From a virus, in IMG/VR virus record IMGVR_UViG_3300025009_000051, positions 1-64,000 of that record: a stretch of 64,000 bases of DNA. One strand, written 5' to 3'. The translations under genes were made by a program, and so were the position numbers. Positions 9,408 to 18,771 of the stretch are shown here, one piece after another; the stretch's first letter is position 1; each line of letters starts with the position of its first letter. The notes below the pieces were generated by a model that was given only the letters and a program-made list of their open reading frames with translations, searched no databases and was not told where the DNA came from.

Positions 9408-10742
9408 TCATATAAAAGAGTATAAATCTATATAACTCTTCTTGCTTTGATTTAATCTGAAAACACTTACCAGATGCTCTTGAATAGCCTCTTCGAGTGA
9501 AACTCGATATTTAAATTTCAAGTTTTTTACAAGCGTGAACAATTTCTTCCAATCTTCAACCCATTCAATTCCCATTTCCTTCCATTGGTGTTGAATTGAA
9601 CTTTTTGGGCTGAAGACTGGATAGAAACCATTCTTGTTTTTCTTTACCTTCCACTCATAGCCTCTCCTTGCAATTTCAATGCTTGCATTCACCGAATCAG
9701 TGAAATCATATTGGAGATTTCCAATGAAAGATGAATATGCCGGATTGACTGAATGAAGATTGATTTGAAAGATGTTTAATCTCTTATTTAGATTTGAGAC
9801 GAATAATTCTCGCTTCCATAAATTTCTATTCTTCCTATTTCCAAGATGATTATATTTTTGGTTCAAACTTAATTTCATTTTGAATTTAAGATCTTCAATG
9901 AAAACATTTTTACATTGAAAATGCTTCGCAAGAATTGAAATTGATTTTGAGATTTGAATTGTTTCAAATTGAAGCTTGTCCTGAAAATATTTCATCTTAG
10001 ATGAATTTGAACTCAAATCCGAATTTAAAATTTTATCAAAAATAGGTTGAAGTGAATATTCTTGTGTATGAATTATATTCCCATCTTCAAGGATTGAAAC
10101 TCCTATGTTATCGGGATTTAGATCAATTCCAAGATATCTCTCATTCTTCAAATTTAAATTCTCTCCATCTTTAAATTCTTCAAATGAAATATAAAGTTCT
10201 TTTTCTGTCAATCTGACCGAGTAGGTATAACCGTCATTTTCATTCAACATTTCTAATTTTTCTAACACCTTCTTATAATTATTTCTTAGATTTGGTAATT
10301 TCAAAAAATAATGTTCTTTTCTATTCACCTTAAATTCGATCATACTATCATTCAATAAATGCAAGTTGCACATTCTATTACCATGATAATTAGCTTCACC
10401 TTGAATATTCAAAGGAAGCAATCTCTTTTCTTTCAATTCTTCTTTTGTCATCTTTCCTTTCATTCTTTCAATAAAATTTTTCTTTCCTCCAAAAACAATC
10501 TTCTTTTCTTTAAATCTTGAATGAAGTTGATTGGCCTCCATAATCGCACATTGTTGCAACCAGCTGTTAGCATTTTCAATTCCCCTCAATTCTTTCAGGC
10601 TATGTCTAATATTAATTTGTTTCATCTTCTCTTGGTATCTATTAAATGCATATCTAACAATCAATGAATATTCTCTTCGAAGCTCTTTCAGCTTCTCATA
10701 AAATCTTTCATTTGCAGTATATGGAATTTTAATAGTTATCAT
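9408..10742 (-). mobile_element. tnpB: TnpB-family (IS200/IS605/IS607 accessory; Cas12f-like) RuvC nuclease, no transposase nearby
   Basis: RuvC-I YLGIDLN, RuvC-II VFIEDL, VNPAYSS motif, RuvC-III TDSVNASIEIARRG. No Zn-finger cysteines. Base composition looks less AT-rich than flanks. Confidence 0.85.
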
Positions 10743-10829
10743 TTTTTATTTCTATACTATAATTATATATAATTATAAATATAAAAAATAAAAAAAGAAC
10801 ACATTTTTTTAAAAATAAATTAAAATAAA

Positions 10830-10861
10830 TTTGTTTGTTTCATTTATTCGTTATATATTTG
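10830..10861 (+). promoter_or_regulatory. Early promoter TTTG-N20-TATATTTG
   Basis: Near-identical to the cassette at 7624-7692. Confidence 0.8.
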
Positions 10862-10890
10862 TATATGAAAACAATTAAAAACAAGAAACA

Positions 10891-11730
10891 ATGTTACAAA
10901 AGACACAAGAAGATTTAAAAATGAGTTTGGGGTGGGAAGTATTAAGAACTCCAAACTATGTAAAGATAGGTGAAGAATTTAAAAATATTGGGACAGAATC
11001 TTTACTAAGAAATGACACGTTTAATAAAATTCATAAGACGGCGGTGGGGGAAAGTTTTCAATTTACATCTATTAAGCAAATGGAAGAAGTAGTTGAAAAT
11101 TTTAGTTTAATTTCGGGTTACCCCATTGTGGGGTTTGATGAATTTTACGGAGGCTCAAAAGTTATTGCTTATTTGAAATCAGACAAAGAACAAATTTGTG
11201 GATATGATTTTAAAGAATTCTTAACAGTTATTGGAGGGTTTGATGGGCAGACTTCATTCTCGATTGGAACTACTTCAATCTTGTTAAGATGCCAAAATCA
11301 ATGGTCAAAAATTTTAATGCACGCTACGGTTAAAAATACAAGACATCACATCGAAAAAAGAAAAGATTTAATGAAGGAATTTGAAACATACATTGTAAAT
11401 AAAAATCAATTGTATGATCAAATTGAAAATTTTCAAAACATTAAGGTTGATCGAGGACTTGCATTACAGTTAGTTGAAAAAATGATTTTCAACCCAGAAC
11501 TTCCAAAAGAAGAACAATCCACAAGAGCGTTAAATAAAGTTTCTGACATTATGATATCGGTAGATGGAGAAATGTTAGATCTTGGAAACAACGGATTTGG
11601 ATTTTTTAATGGGGTTACTCACTTCACTACCTACCAACAGAAATCAAAAGATGTAGTTTTTGGAAATTTGTTTGGAACAAAACAAAAGATGAACCAAAAA
11701 GCATTTGAATTAGTAGCGAACTTACAATAA
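10891..11730 (+). CDS. DUF932/DUF945-family phage/plasmid protein
   Basis: LGWEV..TP, LLRND, GGFDGQTSFSIGTTSILLRCQNQW, TRHH and FFNGVTHFTT motifs. Confidence 0.75.
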   Translation: MLQKTQEDLKMSLGWEVLRTPNYVKIGEEFKNIGTESLLRNDTFNKIHKTAVGESFQFTSIKQMEEVVENFSLISGYPIVGFDEFYGGSKVIAYLKSDKEQICGYDFKEFLTVIGGFDGQTSFSIGTTSILLRCQNQWSKILMHATVKNTRHHIEKRKDLMKEFETYIVNKNQLYDQIENFQNIKVDRGLALQLVEKMIFNPELPKEEQSTRALNKVSDIMISVDGEMLDLGNNGFGFFNGVTHFTTYQQKSKDVVFGNLFGTKQKMNQKAFELVANLQ

Positions 11731-11752
11731 AACTTTTTTAAAAATAGAGATA

Positions 11753-11905
11753 TTAAGAGTTAGAATTTTCTTTTAATATCTCTTTTAATTTATTTTCAAT
11801 TAGAATAGAATTTAATTTTGATATACTATAACCATTATTATCACAATATTCTTTAAATTTTGTGTATAATTCTATAGAAATTGAAATTGTAGCGTGTTTT
11901 TTCAT
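11753..11905 (-). CDS. Ribbon-helix-helix (CopG-like) DNA-binding protein
   Basis: MKKHATISISIELYTKFKEYCDNNGYSISKL pattern; start moved to the internal Met, 10 nt after the upstream stop. Confidence 0.65.
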   Translation of the reverse strand: MKKHATISISIELYTKFKEYCDNNGYSISKLNSILIENKLKEILKENSNS

Positions 11906-11915
11906 AATATTCAAT

Positions 11916-13265
11916 TTAATTTGTAAATGTTTTTCTAAAATGTATAAATTCTCCACTTATTATTCTCGGATCATTCAAAGATAATCTTTTTTTGATGCCA
12001 TCTTTATTTTTGCATAATATAGTACCTTTATTTACAGATACTAATTCTCCAGAAATATATCTTGAATCAGTTTTAAAAATATTAAAAGTATTTCCATCTT
12101 TATCTTTTACTGTGAGTCGTCCTGTGGCAGCGTGTTTCAATTCTCCAGAAATATATCTTGGATCATTAACTAAAACTTGAAAAGTATTTCCATCTTTATC
12201 TTTTACACTTATTTTTCCTTTAGACAATGCTTTAACTTCTTTATTTAAAAATCTTGGATCGTCTGTCTTAATTCTAAAACATTTATTTTTATCATCTACC
12301 ACAAGAACAGTATTTACAAATGGAGATTTCAATTCTCCAGACAAATATTTATCATTATCACATCTTATATAAATATTTTGATTTTTTTCATTTTTAACCA
12401 ATACACCTATAATCAATTCTTTTGTAATTAATCTTAAATCATTTTTATGCACATAAATCTTTTTATCATTTTTATCGAATGCTATTAGCATATTTTTGTG
12501 TATGCTTTCTAATTCTTTATTTTTATCGTTGCACTCTATTCTTGAAATGTTCCCATCTTTATCTCTTACACAATATGTTCCTGTCACAATACCTTTAAAT
12601 TCGCCAGATTCTAATCTAATATCATCGTTATATGCATGAATTTTTTCTCCTTTATTATTTTTATAAGTGTGTTTTCCTTTTTTTCCTTTATTTATTCCAA
12701 CAAATTCTCCAGATAAATATCTCGGATCATTGTTATCTGTTTGAAAGGTATTTCCATCTTTATCTTTCACAACAATTCTATCTTTAAAAATACTGATTAA
12801 TTCACCTGATAAATATCTTGGATCTGTTTTATCTACTTGGAACGTATTACCTTTTTTATCTTTTACTGGAATTTTTCCTTTGGTTATACTAATCAATTCT
12901 CCAGACAAATATCTTGGATCATTGATAGAGACAGAAAAAGTATTTCCTTCTTTATCTCTCACCGGTAATAATCCGGTTGTATTAAACCCTCCCCCGTGTA
13001 TGATATTATATGTATCTTCTTGTTTTACAAATTCTTCGTCTACCATTTCTTTTTCTTTCTCTATCATTTCTTCTTTAGTATCAAAATCAAACAAAATTTC
13101 TTTTTTAAAATTTTCTATACCACATTCTTGAATTGCTTCTTTTATTAATCTGCCAGATCCCATATATTCATCATTTATATTACTGGTTGCATGCTGCCCA
13201 ATATAAATTTTACCATTCAAAATATTAGTTATCTTATAAATTAAATAATGTTTTCTTTTTTCCAT
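11916..13265 (-). CDS. GIY-YIG homing endonuclease with about 11 tandem 32-aa repeats
   Basis: N-terminal LIYKITNILNGKIYIGQH...YMGSG...EKE...YN; repeats of the form VKDKDGNTFxxxxxDPRYLSGELxxxxKG. Confidence 0.85.
   Translation of the reverse strand: MEKRKHYLIYKITNILNGKIYIGQHATSNINDEYMGSGRLIKEAIQECGIENFKKEILFDFDTKEEMIEKEKEMVDEEFVKQEDTYNIIHGGGFNTTGLLPVRDKEGNTFSVSINDPRYLSGELISITKGKIPVKDKKGNTFQVDKTDPRYLSGELISIFKDRIVVKDKDGNTFQTDNNDPRYLSGEFVGINKGKKGKHTYKNNKGEKIHAYNDDIRLESGEFKGIVTGTYCVRDKDGNISRIECNDKNKELESIHKNMLIAFDKNDKKIYVHKNDLRLITKELIIGVLVKNEKNQNIYIRCDNDKYLSGELKSPFVNTVLVVDDKNKCFRIKTDDPRFLNKEVKALSKGKISVKDKDGNTFQVLVNDPRYISGELKHAATGRLTVKDKDGNTFNIFKTDSRYISGELVSVNKGTILCKNKDGIKKRLSLNDPRIISGEFIHFRKTFTN
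11925..12974 (-). repeat. Degenerate coding tandem repeats of about 96 bp (about 11 copies)
   Basis: Recurring GTATTTCCATCTTTATCT and TCTCCAGA(A/C/T)A(A/T)ATATCT(T/C)GGATC on the + strand. Confidence 0.8.
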
Positions 13266-13309
13266 GTTTTTTATAATATATATAAAATAAAAAAATTTTT
13301 TACTTTATT

Positions 13310-13341
13310 TTTGTTTGTTTCAATAATTATTATTATATTTG
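13310..13341 (+). promoter_or_regulatory. Early promoter TTTG-N20-TATATTTG
   Basis: Exact spacing; precedes an accessory operon. Confidence 0.75.
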
Positions 13342-13364
13342 TACAAAGAAACTAAAACAAAGAA

Positions 13365-13697
13365 ATGAAAACAAATAAATTTAAAAACTTCTTAAGAATC
13401 TTATTCGCAAGAATCTTTAATCTATCATATGAAGTAGACAATAAACTTGTCAGAAAACACATATATACATTCTTATACATCATAAAAGAATGGAAATACC
13501 TGGATACAATCTCATATGTCAAAGTTTACAGAAAAAATGAAAAATTAATTGTAGAAATTGAAACACATCGTCCAGAAATATTAATTGGTATGCGAGGTTC
13601 GCTTATCAATGAATTAACAGAATTTTTAAAGAAAGAACTTAACACCGATTTAGAAATTAAACTTAAAGAATGCCAACTTTGGCACAAATTGTTTTAA
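13365..13697 (+). CDS. KH type II domain protein resembling the ribosomal protein S3 KH domain
   Basis: IVEIETHRPEILIGMRGSLINELTEFLKKEL matches the S3 I.T.RPG.LIG..G..I..L motif. Confidence 0.7.
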   Translation: MKTNKFKNFLRILFARIFNLSYEVDNKLVRKHIYTFLYIIKEWKYLDTISYVKVYRKNEKLIVEIETHRPEILIGMRGSLINELTEFLKKELNTDLEIKLKECQLWHKLF

Positions 13698-13707
13698 TAA
13701 ATATACT

Positions 13708-13929
13708 ATGACAGCAGAACAAAAAGAAATATTTCGATTATTACAAGAAATTTTAGAAAAATACCCAGATTTTAGATTTGGGCAATTATTATATGTTTTA
13801 AATGTGACTCAATTCTCTGATATAACTAATCCAGAACATAAAGATTTTGATTTACGAGATATATTTTATGATTCTGATGAATATATATTAAAAAGAATTA
13901 AAGAAGCCATTGAAAAAGCAAAACTATGA
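13708..13929 (+). CDS. Hypothetical phage protein
   Basis: KYPDFRFGQLL motif; operon context. Confidence 0.6.
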   Translation: MTAEQKEIFRLLQEILEKYPDFRFGQLLYVLNVTQFSDITNPEHKDFDLRDIFYDSDEYILKRIKEAIEKAKL

Positions 13930-14258
13930 TAATATCAAATTTTAAAATAGAAAATCGATGTGCAAGACAAACCACCATAGCTATAATAGTTAATAATGGT
14001 AAACATTGGATCGGAACCAATAATTGTGAGTCACCCCAAGAATCTTGTCCAAGAAAAGATTTGCCTACTGGAGTAGGGTATGAGTTATGTAAAAATATTT
14101 GTAGGCAGCCAGGGCACGCTGAAGAAAATGCTTGCAAGATTGCAGGTAAGAATGCTGAAGGAGGGATTCTATTTTTACTTGGTCATACTTATTGTTGTGA
14201 TAACTGTATCAAGAGTATGGCAGAACATAAAATAAAAGAAGTAATAATTATATCTTAA
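13926..14258 (+). CDS. Cytidine/deoxycytidylate deaminase-family protein
   Basis: HAEENA and YCCDNC Zn ligands. Confidence 0.8.
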   Translation: MIISNFKIENRCARQTTIAIIVNNGKHWIGTNNCESPQESCPRKDLPTGVGYELCKNICRQPGHAEENACKIAGKNAEGGILFLLGHTYCCDNCIKSMAEHKIKEVIIIS

Positions 14259-14269
14259 AAAATTCAAAA

Positions 14270-14545
14270 ATGAAAAAAATTAATTTAGTTATATTATTAT
14301 TGTTATTAATTTCTATATTTTCTTGCGTTGAATCAAAAGAAGATAATGAAAAATTAATAGACGGTAATGTTGAAATTGACTATGTGAAAAGCAATACTAC
14401 ATTAACAAATGCAAAAATAATTGAGATGGATTCTTGTGAATATATTCAATATCATGTATATTTTTATGAAGCTATTACTCATAGAGGCAGATGTAAATAT
14501 TGTGCAGAAAGATTAAAAAAAGCATTAAACAATTTAGAAAAATGA
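14270..14545 (+). CDS. Putative lipoprotein
   Basis: Lipobox-like ISIFS/C; C-terminal ITHRGRCKYC. Confidence 0.65.
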   Translation: MKKINLVILLLLLISIFSCVESKEDNEKLIDGNVEIDYVKSNTTLTNAKIIEMDSCEYIQYHVYFYEAITHRGRCKYCAERLKKALNNLEK

Positions 14546-15129
14546 TATTAATAGGAGATACTCATGGAAAGGTCAATCAATATTGGAAACTAATTCAAAA
14601 AAATAAAAAAGAAGATTCAATTCAGGTTGGAGATTTTGGATTTCTTAGTCAACATAATTGGTTTAGAAATAATTTAAATACCATTCAACATAATATCTGC
14701 TTTGGAAATCATGACTGGCTCCCATTTGTAAATGAACAATATTCTTGTGGAGATACAAAGTATTATCCAGAACAAAATTTATGCACTATTCGTGGAGGAT
14801 ATTCATATGATAAACATTTAAGAACAATTGGAATAGATTGGTTTCCAGATGAAGAAATGGAATATTCAAGATTAAAAGAAGTGATAGAAGAAATTATTGC
14901 AATTAAACCTAAGATAATTGTTTCTCATACTTGTCCAAAGAAAATTGCTTTAGAATTATTTAAATATCCACATCAAGATCCGTCTATTACAGAACAAGCT
15001 ATGCAATTTTTATTTGAAGATTATCAACCAGAATTCTGGATATTTGGACATCATCATAGATCAGTTAATAAAGTAATTAACAATACAAATTTTATTTGTT
15101 TGAAAGAATTAGAAATTTATAAAATATAA
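14542..15129 (+). CDS. Calcineurin-like metallophosphoesterase
   Basis: GDTHG, GDFG, GNHD, SHTCP and FGHHH motifs; start reassigned to MILIGDTHG. Confidence 0.85.
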   Translation: MILIGDTHGKVNQYWKLIQKNKKEDSIQVGDFGFLSQHNWFRNNLNTIQHNICFGNHDWLPFVNEQYSCGDTKYYPEQNLCTIRGGYSYDKHLRTIGIDWFPDEEMEYSRLKEVIEEIIAIKPKIIVSHTCPKKIALELFKYPHQDPSITEQAMQFLFEDYQPEFWIFGHHHRSVNKVINNTNFICLKELEIYKI

Positions 15130-15141
15130 AAGAAAAGAATT

Positions 15142-15879
15142 ATGAAAAAATTATTATTGTTTGTTGTTTTTGCATTATTTTTTATTAATGTGTTTTCTCA
15201 AAACGATACATTAAATTATTATGATTTAAATAATAATCCTAAAGGAAATTTTAACACTTATATTTCCGAAGATAGTTCAATTTTCCATGTGGGAGATACA
15301 ATAAATGGAAAGATAATATCGAAAATTATAATTGGTGGTACGCGAGGAGATTATAAAGCTCAATACTTGACAAATGATCACAATTTATATTTTTTTGACG
15401 ATATTAACAATTCTATTACCTTTTCTACTCAAAATGGTGAAATATATTATTCGGAAATAATTGTTAATAATAAAAGTAAAGAAGATTTATATTTTTTAGC
15501 AAAAGAGTGGTTTGTCGTGGCATTTAAATTCCCCAAATATGTAATTCAGATAGATGATAAAGATAGGGGAATAATTTTTGTTAAAGGTGCATTCGAAGTT
15601 TTTACCTGTTTTAATAACTATAAAGAATTGGGGCAAGTAAATTTTACAATTTCTATAGAAGCCGAAAATAACAAATATAGATATACAATTACAAATGTAT
15701 GGCACGAATGTGACAATGTGCCTACTCCCGGCAATCTATTAAAAGACTCCCCGGGCGGGCATTGGTCTAATACTATGGGAGAAAAGAATTGGAATTGTAT
15801 AAAAAAACAAACTCAGCAAAACATACAAGATTTAAAATTAAGTATTATTTCGCACATGGATAAAGAAATAAAATGGTAA
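15142..15879 (+). CDS. Secreted protein with DUF4468-like domain
   Basis: Signal peptide ending VFS/Q; SKEDLYFLAKEWFV..FK....VIQIDDKDRGII..KG motif. Confidence 0.7.
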   Translation: MKKLLLFVVFALFFINVFSQNDTLNYYDLNNNPKGNFNTYISEDSSIFHVGDTINGKIISKIIIGGTRGDYKAQYLTNDHNLYFFDDINNSITFSTQNGEIYYSEIIVNNKSKEDLYFLAKEWFVVAFKFPKYVIQIDDKDRGIIFVKGAFEVFTCFNNYKELGQVNFTISIEAENNKYRYTITNVWHECDNVPTPGNLLKDSPGGHWSNTMGEKNWNCIKKQTQQNIQDLKLSIISHMDKEIKW

Positions 15880-15901
15880 TGTTAATTAAAATATAAAAGA
15901 A

Positions 15902-16135
15902 ATGGATAATGAATTGAGAATTTTAGTAGAAAGATTGGACAGAATTTTTCCTCACTTAAAATTATACTATGAAGGAGAATGTTTTTTAGATGAGAAAAGG
16001 CAAAAGAATGGCAAACAATCTGATATTGAAAAAATGCCTATGGATAATTTTGCTCCGCCAAGAGAATATGATTGGTATGATGTCATAAGAATTCTTAAAG
16101 AAAACGGTTTAGAAATAAAAAATAAATTAACATAA
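15902..16135 (+). CDS. Hypothetical protein
   Basis: ORF in co-oriented operon. Confidence 0.55.
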   Translation: MDNELRILVERLDRIFPHLKLYYEGECFLDEKRQKNGKQSDIEKMPMDNFAPPREYDWYDVIRILKENGLEIKNKLT

Positions 16136-16149
16136 AAATATAAAAAGAA

Positions 16150-16644
16150 ATGGAAAAATTTAGAATGTATGGATTCGTTCCGTTCAATATATCGGAAATC
16201 CAAAAGGGGATTCAGTTTGGGCATGCAGTTGTAGAATATGGATTAACATATGGAACAACAGACGAATATAAACATTGGGCAAATCACGATAAAACATTTA
16301 TCATATTAAATGGTGGCACAACTCGATATGTCTATTTTGATATGAGAGCTCCAGGAATGCAGCCAGGAGCAATGAATCAAATAGTAGAAACTTTAACTGA
16401 CATGAAAATTAAATTCTCAACTTTTCATGAACCAGATTTGAATTATGCTTTAACTGCAATTGTATTTTTAGTTCCTGATAAAGTGTTCGATAAAGAAACT
16501 TATCCAGATTTCGATTTTGGTGCAGACTTTTTAGATGACGAAAAAGCATATGAAGAAGGATGGCATAAAAAATGGTTAGAATCAATAGGAGGAGAAACAA
16601 ATGAACTATTAAGAAAATTTTTATCTAAATACAGGTTAGCATGA
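16150..16644 (+). CDS. Peptidyl-tRNA hydrolase type 2-like phage protein
   Basis: QKGIQFGHAVVEY, TFIILNGG and FHEPDLNYALTAIVF motifs. Confidence 0.65.
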   Translation: MEKFRMYGFVPFNISEIQKGIQFGHAVVEYGLTYGTTDEYKHWANHDKTFIILNGGTTRYVYFDMRAPGMQPGAMNQIVETLTDMKIKFSTFHEPDLNYALTAIVFLVPDKVFDKETYPDFDFGADFLDDEKAYEEGWHKKWLESIGGETNELLRKFLSKYRLA

Positions 16645-17351
16645 AAGAATATAATAATTTATACATACCAGAAGATGGATCTACAATTGAATTGCTTGAA
16701 CCTTGGAAATTAAAAGAAAAGACCAGTTGGGAATTTAAACAATTGAATAATGAAATACCAAGATGGGCAAACAAAGATTTTTCATTTACATTTCCAATAG
16801 GAACAAAGATAAGATTCTCACGTATGTTTGTATATCATGATTCAAATTGCAATATTGATATAAAACATTCTGAATTAAGAAAGATGCTTAAAATATGTGT
16901 ATCAATATCAGATTTAAATAATATTACCAAGTTTAAGGTTATAGATAATTTTAGCAATAAAAAACCAAATCAACCTAAATTTATCTTGACATGGAATTGG
17001 ATTCCTGAACCACATATAGGTAAAGAATTTACTTATTTTGAATATCCAGATGTATATAAATATATAGATGAAAATATTATTGAATATGCAAGTAAAAATG
17101 TTTCTACTTCTTGGTGCAATGAAATTGTCAATGGATTACTTCCTACTGCAAGATTAATATTTAAATCTACAATTAAAAAACAGGAAGCAGAACTATTTGG
17201 ACAGAAGCATATAGAAATTGTCTTGACATTAAGAAGTTTTAAATATGAAATTTTAGACGGGAGCGAAAATCATTTAGGATTTGCTAACAATCAAAAAGGT
17301 GTTAGAAAAATTGCAAGAAATTATGTTGAACAATTAATTAAAACAAAGTAA
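16641..17351 (+). CDS. Hypothetical protein
   Basis: 236-aa ORF overlapping the upstream stop. Confidence 0.6.
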   Translation: MKEYNNLYIPEDGSTIELLEPWKLKEKTSWEFKQLNNEIPRWANKDFSFTFPIGTKIRFSRMFVYHDSNCNIDIKHSELRKMLKICVSISDLNNITKFKVIDNFSNKKPNQPKFILTWNWIPEPHIGKEFTYFEYPDVYKYIDENIIEYASKNVSTSWCNEIVNGLLPTARLIFKSTIKKQEAELFGQKHIEIVLTLRSFKYEILDGSENHLGFANNQKGVRKIARNYVEQLIKTK

Positions 17352-17352
17352 T

Positions 17353-17823
17353 ATGACAGATTCAATAATTCAATTTAAATATTCCGACGATGTTCATATG
17401 GTTGGAATTTATATAAAAAGTGATACACATCAACATACTTTTATTCCGTTGTTATATGATATTGTAAAATCATGCGAATATACAAATAGAAATAGAAGTT
17501 GGTCTTATGTGGTAGCAGAAATTGTGACAAAAATAACAAATAAATATGAATCATTGGTTAGTTTTGTTTTAGAGTCTCAATTTGACCTACGGATGGTAAT
17601 TCATAAATATTCAATCACAATTACAGAAAATATGTATGAAACAACAGAAAATAAACTTTTAGATTTTTGTAAAATTAAGTATATAGATAAAGAACAATCG
17701 TTTGATGGATTATTGAAAGATTTTTATGAAAAAATAATTAAAGAAAATAATAGATATAGAATTACCGAACTTGAAGAAGAGATTAAGGAAAAACAAGAAG
17801 AATTAAAAGAATTATTAAAATAA
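17353..17823 (+). CDS. Hypothetical protein
   Basis: 156-aa ORF, coupled to the previous gene. Confidence 0.6.
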   Translation: MTDSIIQFKYSDDVHMVGIYIKSDTHQHTFIPLLYDIVKSCEYTNRNRSWSYVVAEIVTKITNKYESLVSFVLESQFDLRMVIHKYSITITENMYETTENKLLDFCKIKYIDKEQSFDGLLKDFYEKIIKENNRYRITELEEEIKEKQEELKELLK

Positions 17824-17834
17824 ATTAAAATAAA

Positions 17835-17866
17835 TTTGTTTGTTTCATTTTTTCATTGTATATTTG
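17835..17866 (+). promoter_or_regulatory. Early promoter TTTG-N20-TATATTTG
   Basis: Third near-identical cassette; followed by ATG at 17895 (MTHLTL..., 43-aa ORF). Confidence 0.8.
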
Positions 17867-18078
17867 TTTTATAAAAACAATTAAAAACAAAGAACATGAC
17901 ACATTTAACATTAATCGAAATTTTAGAGCATTTAAAGAACGAGCGAGATGATATGATTTGTGATATTAATAGTGAATGGATCGAAGAACCAGAAAGAGAA
18001 AATTGCAAACTCAATTATTATTATTGAATTCAGCCATTTCTAATTTAGAAGTTATTCAAAATTTAAAAAATAAATAAT

Positions 18079-18513
18079 ATGCAACCATACCTAATACAAC
18101 GAGCAAAATTTAATATTCAAGAAGATAAAAAAGGAATTGATTCAGTTATATCATTGGATTATATGGGTAGCTCTGAATTTGAATGGGGGGGGGCATTACC
18201 AAAATCTTTACTTGGTATAAGAGGAGAAATAAAAAAGTATATTTATTTAGATGTTGCAATAAAAGGTAAAATGATTACTGTATTTTTTAATGGTAATCTA
18301 AAAAATGAAATTGAGCAGTATTTAATCGAACTTTCAGAAAATAAACATCATTTAAAAGAGTTTTCTGCTTTTGATAAATATATTAATGAAGACGGGTATT
18401 TTAAAGATAAGTTTGATTTTTGGTGGGACATTGAAAATAATGTAATGTTCTGGAAAAAGAATTTGGAATTTGAAGAAAAATTTAAATTGGTAATTGTTAA
18501 GAAACCAGAATAA
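18079..18513 (+). CDS. Conserved-looking hypothetical phage protein
   Basis: LDYMGSSEFEWGG.LPKSL motif. Confidence 0.65.
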   Translation: MQPYLIQRAKFNIQEDKKGIDSVISLDYMGSSEFEWGGALPKSLLGIRGEIKKYIYLDVAIKGKMITVFFNGNLKNEIEQYLIELSENKHHLKEFSAFDKYINEDGYFKDKFDFWWDIENNVMFWKKNLEFEEKFKLVIVKKPE

Positions 18514-18530
18514 GTATTTTTTTAAAAATA

Positions 18531-18568
18531 AGAAAGGATAAAAATTAATTTATCCTTTTTTTTATCTT
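18531..18568. terminator. Bidirectional intrinsic terminator between convergent genes
   Basis: AAGGATAAA-aatta-ATTTATCCTT stem with A and T tails. Confidence 0.6.
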
Positions 18569-18763
18569 TTATTCTTCATCCTCATTATCGGAATGTTCTA
18601 CCACATATGCTTTCAATTCTCGCTTAGCTTTCAAATAATTCTTTCTCAATTCATGAAATTTTTCATCATATACATCTTCCCAGCTTGAATATCCATCAAA
18701 ACAATAATCAAACCCTTCTTCCGACATTTTATAATTTACAATATTGAATATATTTTCTTCCAT
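18569..18763 (-). CDS. Hypothetical protein
   Basis: 64-aa ORF downstream of dut. Confidence 0.6.
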   Translation of the reverse strand: MEENIFNIVNYKMSEEGFDYCFDGYSSWEDVYDEKFHELRKNYLKAKRELKAYVVEHSDNEDEE

Positions 18764-18771
18764 AGTTTTTT

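Noticed and set aside
9325-10890. Type V CRISPR-Cas (Cas12f/CasPhi-like) locus
   Set aside because: No repeat-spacer array on either side. The flanks are short and explained by promoter motifs, so the gene is treated as TnpB.
11925-12974. CRISPR array or DGR template/variable repeats
   Set aside because: Repeats are in-frame, degenerate at synonymous positions and have no unique spacers. There is no adenine-specific mismatch pattern and no reverse transcriptase in the window.
17895-18070. Possible frameshifted gene after the early promoter at 17835
   Set aside because: A 43-aa ORF is present and alternative frames could extend it, but there is no independent evidence for which, if any, is real.
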